DNA of 64,000 nucleotides from a virus, in the IMG/VR virus record IMGVR_UViG_3300035135_002933; one strand, 5' to 3'. This document shows, in pieces, positions 54,071 through 61,730 of the stretch; within the stretch, counting starts at the first letter, position 1, and every line of letters begins with the position of its first letter. The notes under the pieces are model-generated. The model was not told the origin of the DNA and did not search any database. It worked only from the letters and a program-made list of their open reading frames with translations. The position numbers and the translations under genes were made by a program.

Positions 54071-54150
54071 CAAACACGTTACCAGATACAAAAGTACGTT
54101 ACCAGATACTCAAACACGTTACCAGATACGCAAACACGTTACCAGATGCA
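54071..54150. repeat. four tandem 20-bp direct repeats
   Basis: CAAACACGTTACCAGATAC-like unit x4, invariant core ACGTTACCAGAT. Confidence 0.95.
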
Positions 54151-54232
54151 GTTGCACGAGTTGCTAGCTACCTATGATCTCGCGCCAGTACAGCTAGTCT
54201 GCTCACAGCGCACCCCTCGCGTCGGTAGCAAC

Positions 54233-56059
54233 ATGGCAGCAACTCATACTGATAACACCCGGAACGACGGCGCCTTAGTAAATATGCTCACGGGTCTAGG
54301 CGTACCCGCAAAAGACAAAACAACATCAACACAGGTCCGCTCTAACACACTGCTCACCGAGGCCGAACTAGAAGCCCTGTACACCAGCGGCATACCACGA
54401 CGGTACGTCGACGCTATTGCTGACACGATCCTGTCCCACCAAGCCACCATCAAGCTCGGTGGCGACGAAGCGGCTGACAACGCCGACCTGATTGCCGAGT
54501 TCGACCAGTTCCTCCAGGCCACCCAGTTCCACCTGGCCTTCTCCGAAGTCATCAAACTGCAGCGCCTCTATGGCGGTGCCGGCCTGGTGCTGCTCATTGA
54601 CGATGGTGGCGAGCCACAGGACCCCGTCGATCTCAACCGCATCCGCGGCGTTCGGGGCTACATCCCCCTCTCCCGCCACGAGCTGATCCCCGAGGACGTC
54701 TCCATCACCGACTACTCGCGCCCCACGCACTACCGGATCACCACCAGTCAGCGCATCACCCCCGAGCAGGGCAGCAGCTACGTCAACATCCTGGTCCACC
54801 ACACGCGTGTCGCCCGCTTCGACGGCCTCTACCTGCCCTGGAACCTGCGCTCCCGCAACACCGGTTGGGGTCAGTCCGTCCTCCAGCTGATCTGGGAGTC
54901 CTTCAAGCGTTACGAGACCGCCATGTCCGGCCTGGAGTCGATGACCTCCGACGCGGACCTGTTCGTGCACAAGATGCCCGGCCTGTTCAACCGCATCTCT
55001 TCCGGCAACGAGGCCGATCTGCGCAAACGCCTGGAGGCCAACAGCCTCAGCCGCAGCGTCTACGGCGGAATGATCGTGGACAAGGAAGAGGAGGTGAGCT
55101 TCCTCAACCGAGCACTGAGCAACATTGCCACGGCATCCGATCCTTTCGTCAAGGATCTGCAGGCTGCCACCGGCTGGCCCGCCTCCATCCTCATGGGCGA
55201 CAGCCCCGGCGGCCTCGGCAAAGAAGGCCGCTTCGAAGAACGCGTCTGGGCCTCACTGGTCCAGCAGTGGCAGGAGGTCTACTGCCGCACTGCGGTGACC
55301 GAGATCTTCACGTACGTCCTCGCCTCGCGCGAAGGACCAACCCGTGGCCGTGTTCCCGAGTCCTGGTCGGTGCACTTCCCCTCGGTGTTCACCGCCACCG
55401 ACAAGGAGCGCGCCGAACTGCACCAGCTCAAGGCGGCCTCCGACGCGCAGTACATCCAGCTGGGTGTGCTCAACCCCCTCGAAGTGCGCGACTCCCGCTT
55501 CGGCAGCACCGAGTACTCGATCGACACCAAGCTCAACGAGGCGGTGACCCAGCAGCTGATCGCCACCACCGACGCGCAGTTCCAGTCGCAGATGGCAGGG
55601 TACGACGCGCAGATGCAAGCGATGCAGCAGCCGCCGGCTGCGCCGGCGCAGGAAGGTGCAGCACCCGAGGGCGATAACGCCGCAGCACCGGCCGCCGAAG
55701 GCGAATCCGCCGACTTCCAGTTCGACTCGGCCGAAGGCCTGCGCATCCGCGTCACCCACCGCCGCGGCGACAGCGTCGCCGGACCCCTCGTCGGTCCCGA
55801 CGGCCAGCGCATCGACAGCAGCGCCGCCGCGCCGATCCTGATCATCGGCCCGCATCGCACCCGAGCACGCAAGCTCTACCGAGCGCGATTCGCTCTCGAC
55901 AGCGCCATCACCGACGGCCCCTACACCACCGGCTTCAACTCACTCCGCGCCGCCAAAACTGCTGTGCAGCAGTTCTTCCCCGGTCAGAATGTGGCAGGGC
56001 TTTCACCAGTGCCCGACGCCGAGGCCGACGCCTTTCGCGCCTACAACGAGGGGTACTGA
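54233..56059 (+). CDS. portal protein (DUF1073 type) with C-terminal extension
   Basis: QRLYGGAGLVL, RVARFDG, GWGQSVLQ, AAATGWP..LMGDSPGGL; after terL, before MuF. Confidence 0.9.
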   Translation: MAATHTDNTRNDGALVNMLTGLGVPAKDKTTSTQVRSNTLLTEAELEALYTSGIPRRYVDAIADTILSHQATIKLGGDEAADNADLIAEFDQFLQATQFHLAFSEVIKLQRLYGGAGLVLLIDDGGEPQDPVDLNRIRGVRGYIPLSRHELIPEDVSITDYSRPTHYRITTSQRITPEQGSSYVNILVHHTRVARFDGLYLPWNLRSRNTGWGQSVLQLIWESFKRYETAMSGLESMTSDADLFVHKMPGLFNRISSGNEADLRKRLEANSLSRSVYGGMIVDKEEEVSFLNRALSNIATASDPFVKDLQAATGWPASILMGDSPGGLGKEGRFEERVWASLVQQWQEVYCRTAVTEIFTYVLASREGPTRGRVPESWSVHFPSVFTATDKERAELHQLKAASDAQYIQLGVLNPLEVRDSRFGSTEYSIDTKLNEAVTQQLIATTDAQFQSQMAGYDAQMQAMQQPPAAPAQEGAAPEGDNAAAPAAEGESADFQFDSAEGLRIRVTHRRGDSVAGPLVGPDGQRIDSSAAAPILIIGPHRTRARKLYRARFALDSAITDGPYTTGFNSLRAAKTAVQQFFPGQNVAGLSPVPDAEADAFRAYNEGY

Positions 56060-56062
56060 TCA

Positions 56063-59000
56063 GTGACGCAGCCCAACATCACTCCTGAAGGCTTCCGCAC
56101 CGCGGCCTACCTGGCGACACGGCAGCGCATCGACGCCGCACGCAGCCGCAGTGGCAAGACTTTGAAGCGGGTTACGTGCAACCCGCCCAACGTGCAATGC
56201 GGTGGCCGGTGCATCCCGCCGAACTGGGATTGCCGCCTGAAGGGCCAAGGCGCCGACCCGCAGTTGCGCGCGGTGCAGACCGACCCCGTGGGGGGCCTGG
56301 CCAACATCGAGCGTGGCGTCAAGCGCATCGCCAAGGGTGTCACCAAGGGCAGCTTCTCCGAGATCGAGGGAGGCAAGCGCGCCATCGTCCGCGGCGTGGT
56401 GAAGGCCACCCCAGGTGACATCCAGCGCAAGAAAGAGCTCGCCGCGAAGCTCGAACGCCAAGGTGCACGTATTGCAGTAGGTCTTGCTGTGGTCGGTTCA
56501 GGCCTGGGAATCCATAGCTTGCTGATGAAGCGCAATACGTTGGGCTATAGAGATGGAGTAGGTGCAAATATCAATAATGCAGTGCGTCTAGGTGTTAATA
56601 AAGTTCTCGATGCTACCCCTATAATTAAAACAGAGCGAGAGCGTAAACGCGCAAGAGCTCAAGCCGGGGTAGAAGCTGCACTTATGCGGCAAACGAATCC
56701 AGTGTCTAAGCAGTTGACGAATCAGCTAGCTAGGACAGGGGTTTCTGCGGCAGATGAAGATAGCCGGTCCAATTTAATCAATAACTTAAACAAAGTCTAT
56801 AACAACCCTGAGCTTTCAGGCCCTCAGTCTGACTTTAATGAGTGGAATAGAGCCCATCAACGTGCTTTTTGGTCTACTACACGTAAAGAGATAGGCGTAG
56901 GACTCGCTACAGGTGAACGCGGCAGTATATTTGCGCGCCCTGCTACTGACGAATTTCTAACACGTCAATTTAATTTGCAAGGTGATGACACCCTAACACC
57001 TGCAGCAATTAAAGATGCAATTTCACGTAATCTAGAAACGTACAAAGAAGATTTAGTTAATCTAGCGCAGCAACAAGGCTTTCAACTACAGACTGTAGCT
57101 GGTGGTAAGCGTGTTATAGCTAAAAACGATCGGCGTCAGTTCATCAAAGGAGTAGTGCAGTCAAGTCTCCCAAAAGGGCAAGCCAACGATGCTGTGCGTT
57201 CTGCTTTCACTAAACACTTAGAGCAGACTCTATCCAAAAACCCAGCGACACTCGCCGGAGAAATATATCGTGACACGTATAGAGGGTTTGACGATTTTTA
57301 CAAAACAAAAGCTACTACTATCCGCGCGGCTACTGCTGAACCATTTCTCAGTCAGCCACTCCGCCAAGCTGGAGCAACAGAGACCTTACTAGACGCTAAT
57401 CAATCCAGGGCTGCTTTTATTTCTGGCAAGCGAACCGCAGGTCCCCTCCACGCGGAACTGGTGCTAAGGCAGCATCATGCCGAGGTAGTACGCCGAGCCC
57501 CTGGCGCCCGTTTCGAGGTCTCGGACAGGGTTGCAGTGCAGGCGATCGAGGAGCTGACAGGCAACACGGTCAGTCCACGAGAGGCCTTCCGTCTCCTGAA
57601 CAACGAGCACGGTTTCTCCGGCATCCGGCGTGTAGGCGGTGCTGTGGAACCCCGCCGCCCCGGCCGCAGAGCTCAAGTGGAGCTTTCTGATCTGGCACGG
57701 CAGCTACGTGAGGCTGCCCGAGCCCGTGGCGAGGAGATGAGCATGGAGGCTTCTATCAGAGCGGCGAAGGCCGAGCTCGCTCGCCGCCAGCGCGGTGACG
57801 CCCTACCCCCCGGTCTGCTGCGCACCGCCACCTACCTGGCCGTGCGTGCCGACCTCCGCGGTGAGGGCAAGCCCTGCGGGGCGAGCCACATCCCGAAGGC
57901 GCATGAGTGCCGCATCGGTGCCGGAGGTAAGGCTGCTCCCGAGAGCGAATCCACCAAGCCCAGCGGCCGCGGCAAGAAGCTCGCCCTCGCCGCCGGTGGA
58001 GCGGCCCTTCTCGCCGGCGGCGCCCTGGCTTACAAGAACCGGAAGCCCATCGCCGCGGCTGCCGGCGCACTCAACACTGAGCGCAAAGCTCAAACCGAGC
58101 GCGTTGTCGCTGAGCTCAGCAAGAACACGATCAAGACGCTGTCGCGGGATGACGTCGACGCCGGTATCGCAAAGCTACCTAAGAAGTTCCAGGAGCCTGT
58201 GAGGCAACTCGTGGGTGATGCCAAGGTCAGTGCGGCCCACCTCGCGCTAAAGACTAAAGGCGGGCAGATTACATCAGTCGATGTAGATAACAACTTCAGT
58301 AACTGGAAGATGCCCGATGGCACACTACTTAGCACGGGCTCAGTCAAGGATACACTTGTTATCTACAACACCAAACCACAAGCCAGCATCGGCGGCGCAC
58401 AAACATTCGCGACTCAGTTCCGTGTAGACGGCGAGTTCGACGCTAAGTCTGTTTCCGCTTCGCGCAATGCCACAAGCGTGGTTTCTACTGTCAAGAAAAT
58501 GTTCCAATCCCAAATGGAACAGATCCCTGACAACTCAATTATCACAGCTATCCCCTACGCGAACGATAAGAAAGGGCGTCAGCGTCGCGCTATCTACCAG
58601 CGCTATGGCTTCCGTCAAGCCTCGGCCTCTGACGAACGGCTCTTCGCCATGAAGACCAAAGGCAAGTTCACCAAGATGAAGGATTCTCATCTTGAGCAGA
58701 TCGCCGACTTTATCCGCAACGACACCAAGCTCGATAAGGAGGACAGCCGCCTGGGAAAGCCCTGTGGAGCCTCGCATATCCCGAAAGCCCATAAGTGCAG
58801 AAAAGGAGCAGGAGCTATTGAAAGGGAGGAGCGTAAACTATATGAAAAAAGCACAACTAAAGCTGAAAGAGCATATGTAGAAAAACATGGCATGCCTAAA
58901 GACACACTGAGTGTCGTAGAAGCCCAGCTAGAATTAGAGAAAGCATCTAAGCAGAAAGCGCAACAGCCAACCAAAAGCAACAAAGCAGCCAAAATTGCTA

Positions 59001-59926
59001 TCGGCGTAGGTGTAACTGCCGTTGGTGCACTAGCTGTCACCGCAGCTTTAGACGCCCACCGCTTTCTAAAGCCCCGTGATCTCCCTGCGCCAGCTTCGTT
59101 CAAATCGGTAGTACAAACACAACGCAAACAAGCTGGTACTAAGCTCACGTCAGGCGAAGCACTAGGACGTCACTACGACTCAGAAGTAAGCGCCGGTCGC
59201 CTTAAAGCAGGTGACGTTGTCTACACCGTCCAAAACATCCGTGGTGATGCTTCCAGCGGCCGCCACTTCGCTGTCTACCTAGGCAAAGCAGGCGATAACC
59301 ATCAATTCCTGGAGATGACCCGAGTAGCGGGTGACCTTAACCGTGGACAAGCGATGCTCACCGAGTTCGGTGCCACCGCTGGGCGCCCCGCCTACGCCGC
59401 GGTGTACGCAAAAGCACCCAGGATGAAGCAAGACAAACAAATATCAGTAAACGAAATCAAAAACAGAGCTTATTCTCTCATGGGTAGTAGTATGCAATAT
59501 CACCAGCTCGATAGCAATTGCGAGACGTTTGCTCGCATGATCGCTGCAGGTAATCCTCGTTCTAAACAAATAGACAAGCTCTCACTACTAACCAAGGGTA
59601 TCTATCGTGGCCTAGACAAGTACCTGGACGAAGATCGTCCAGTTAATCTGCCTACAGTTAGAGAGCAAGCTCGCATACTCGACTACAAGCAGCGCATTGC
59701 TGAAGGCGACCGCGCAGCACGTCAAGAGCTCAAAGCTTTTACAACTCTCATCTCAAAGCGTAAGCAACGAAACGACGCTGTAGAAGATTTATTTACAGAT
59801 CTTCCTTCTCCTAGCGAACTACTACGCGACTCTAAGTCTGAGATAGAAGACGCTACTAGAATAAAACTATACCTGATGTTACTCTTAACCCAAAGCCGCA
59901 CGTTGATGAAACATGCAACTCCTTGA
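56063..59926 (+). CDS. modular head-associated polyprotein A (3 knuckle-TM-domain cassettes; GNAT-like and LRAT-like domains)
   Basis: CGGRCIPPNWDCR; KPCGASHIPKAH(E/K)CR x2; RHFAVYLG..NCETF. Confidence 0.7.
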   Translation: MTQPNITPEGFRTAAYLATRQRIDAARSRSGKTLKRVTCNPPNVQCGGRCIPPNWDCRLKGQGADPQLRAVQTDPVGGLANIERGVKRIAKGVTKGSFSEIEGGKRAIVRGVVKATPGDIQRKKELAAKLERQGARIAVGLAVVGSGLGIHSLLMKRNTLGYRDGVGANINNAVRLGVNKVLDATPIIKTERERKRARAQAGVEAALMRQTNPVSKQLTNQLARTGVSAADEDSRSNLINNLNKVYNNPELSGPQSDFNEWNRAHQRAFWSTTRKEIGVGLATGERGSIFARPATDEFLTRQFNLQGDDTLTPAAIKDAISRNLETYKEDLVNLAQQQGFQLQTVAGGKRVIAKNDRRQFIKGVVQSSLPKGQANDAVRSAFTKHLEQTLSKNPATLAGEIYRDTYRGFDDFYKTKATTIRAATAEPFLSQPLRQAGATETLLDANQSRAAFISGKRTAGPLHAELVLRQHHAEVVRRAPGARFEVSDRVAVQAIEELTGNTVSPREAFRLLNNEHGFSGIRRVGGAVEPRRPGRRAQVELSDLARQLREAARARGEEMSMEASIRAAKAELARRQRGDALPPGLLRTATYLAVRADLRGEGKPCGASHIPKAHECRIGAGGKAAPESESTKPSGRGKKLALAAGGAALLAGGALAYKNRKPIAAAAGALNTERKAQTERVVAELSKNTIKTLSRDDVDAGIAKLPKKFQEPVRQLVGDAKVSAAHLALKTKGGQITSVDVDNNFSNWKMPDGTLLSTGSVKDTLVIYNTKPQASIGGAQTFATQFRVDGEFDAKSVSASRNATSVVSTVKKMFQSQMEQIPDNSIITAIPYANDKKGRQRRAIYQRYGFRQASASDERLFAMKTKGKFTKMKDSHLEQIADFIRNDTKLDKEDSRLGKPCGASHIPKAHKCRKGAGAIEREERKLYEKSTTKAERAYVEKHGMPKDTLSVVEAQLELEKASKQKAQQPTKSNKAAKIAIGVGVTAVGALAVTAALDAHRFLKPRDLPAPASFKSVVQTQRKQAGTKLTSGEALGRHYDSEVSAGRLKAGDVVYTVQNIRGDASSGRHFAVYLGKAGDNHQFLEMTRVAGDLNRGQAMLTEFGATAGRPAYAAVYAKAPRMKQDKQISVNEIKNRAYSLMGSSMQYHQLDSNCETFARMIAAGNPRSKQIDKLSLLTKGIYRGLDKYLDEDRPVNLPTVREQARILDYKQRIAEGDRAARQELKAFTTLISKRKQRNDAVEDLFTDLPSPSELLRDSKSEIEDATRIKLYLMLLLTQSRTLMKHATP

Positions 59927-60782
59927 GCGCTACAACAACGCCCTCCGGCGCACCGAGGACGTCACCATCACCCAGCTCAACCGCATCCTCGATCGCAGCT
60001 TCAACCGCCTGATCCGCCGCACCCGGGTGCACATGCGCGCCGGCGCCCCGGCCGTGGACCGCAACATGGCCCTCCTCCAGGAGTTCCGCCAGCTGATCCC
60101 GGCGTTCAACCCCCAGCGCACCGACGCCTACGACCGCGTGCTGCGCTCCCTCTTCCGCAGCGCCCAGGGCAACGGCCTCACCGTCGCAGACGAGATGCTC
60201 TATGAGCTTGACCCGACACGTCAGCGCATCGACGTCTCTATTCCGATCGAAGCCACGGTCGCCGCGGCCGCCCAGGCCAAGGGCTACCTGCGGCGCCACG
60301 GCGAGACCTTCGCCACCACCGCCACCGAGCTCGTTGCTCAGGGCGTGGCCGAAGGCCGCCCCACTGACGCCATCACCAACGACCTGCGCCTCCGCCTCGG
60401 CGTCGTGAAGTCCCGCGCGGATGTCATCGCTAGGACGGAGAGCCTTCGTGCTTACAACACCGCGAGCAATCAGTATTACGCAGCTAACGGTATTGACTTA
60501 GTTTTAAGATATGCAACGGCAGACGATAGGACCTGCCCTATCTGCAACGCTCGCGCAGGGCGTATTTACAAACGAAGTGAAGTTCAAGCAACAATTCACC
60601 CGCGTTGCCGATGTTATCTCGCCCCTTGGGATTCCGACTTAGCTGCTATGTCCCCCGAGTACGCTGCACTACCTCAACGCCACCGCGAAGAAGTCTCCCG
60701 AGTACGAACAGTCGGCCCCGCCGACCTCAACAAGGCCGGTGTCTTCGAGCAAATCGCACCACAGCCCATCGATTCTCCGTAG
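59913..60782 (+). CDS. head morphogenesis protein (SPP1 gp7 / MuF family)
   Basis: RADVIARTE..DDRTCPIC..HPRCRC. Confidence 0.92.
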   Translation: MQLLERYNNALRRTEDVTITQLNRILDRSFNRLIRRTRVHMRAGAPAVDRNMALLQEFRQLIPAFNPQRTDAYDRVLRSLFRSAQGNGLTVADEMLYELDPTRQRIDVSIPIEATVAAAAQAKGYLRRHGETFATTATELVAQGVAEGRPTDAITNDLRLRLGVVKSRADVIARTESLRAYNTASNQYYAANGIDLVLRYATADDRTCPICNARAGRIYKRSEVQATIHPRCRCYLAPWDSDLAAMSPEYAALPQRHREEVSRVRTVGPADLNKAGVFEQIAPQPIDSP

Positions 60783-60827
60783 CACAACACAGCTACTCTG
60801 TGTGAAGCACAGTCCAGGGCTCATACC

Positions 60828-61730
60828 ATGCCTGCCACCGCCCGCCGCCCCAAATCCGAGGCCTACGAGAAGGGCATCCGCGAAGGCAAGGCCATGGCTG
60901 CCCGCTCGCGCAGTGCTGCATCCCCCGAGAGCGAAGAAGAGGAGGAGCTCGAGATGGATATGGATCCCGGGCACTCCCGCAAGCGCAGCGCCAAAGGTGC
61001 CAAGCACACCAAGCCGGCCGCCGACGGCTACGGCATGAAGAAGCCCATGGACGCCGAGTGCGGCTGCGGCGGCAAGAAGGGCGGCAAGTGCGACGGCAAC
61101 TGCGGCTCCATGCGCAAGCGCAGTGACTCCCTCACCCCGCAGGAGTACCTGACCGCCTGCGACCTCGGCATCCAGGGCCGCAGCACCAGCTATATCCGAG
61201 CGCGGCTCGACACCGCGGAAGCCCGCGCCGACCTGAAGTGTGGAAAGGGTTCGATCTCCGAGGGCGAGAAGTGCACCAAGGGTGCTGCGCAGAGGGTGCA
61301 GCCGAAGAAACCAGGGCGTGTACGCACGATCGCGTCAGCCGGTGCAGTTCTCGGCGGTTTGGCAGTGAATGCTGGTGCCACCGGCTACGGCCTTGCTAAG
61401 ACCTTCAGTGGTGACTTGGCCGGCGCTGGTCGCGCTTTTCAGGTTGCCGGCGCAGGTCAAGCGCTGTCTGGTGTAGGCGCACGTGGACTGGGTTTGAAAA
61501 AGGAGAGCCGGAAGCTCCTGGCCAATGCAGCACTCACTGCAGGCGCCGGAACCTACCTCCGTGAGCAACAGACTGGTGAGCTTGCCCGCGGACTGCGCAA
61601 GGGCCGCATGGCTATGCGAGCTAATCGGTTGAACCGACGCCGAGCATCATTAGAAAGGAGTTTCCGCAAACCGTCTGCTAAGCGTCCTCCTCGCCGCGAC
61701 TCCATCTGGGCGGAGGGCTTCGATTCATGA
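60828..61730 (+). CDS. head-associated protein B with Cys-rich segment and knuckle-TM cassette
   Basis: CGCGGKKGGKCDGNCG; RADLKCGKGSISEGEKC; ends RRDSIWAEGFDS. Confidence 0.65.
   Translation: MPATARRPKSEAYEKGIREGKAMAARSRSAASPESEEEEELEMDMDPGHSRKRSAKGAKHTKPAADGYGMKKPMDAECGCGGKKGGKCDGNCGSMRKRSDSLTPQEYLTACDLGIQGRSTSYIRARLDTAEARADLKCGKGSISEGEKCTKGAAQRVQPKKPGRVRTIASAGAVLGGLAVNAGATGYGLAKTFSGDLAGAGRAFQVAGAGQALSGVGARGLGLKKESRKLLANAALTAGAGTYLREQQTGELARGLRKGRMAMRANRLNRRRASLERSFRKPSAKRPPRRDSIWAEGFDS

Noticed and set aside
54071-54150. 20-bp repeats as CRISPR
   Set aside because: Tandem with no unique spacers
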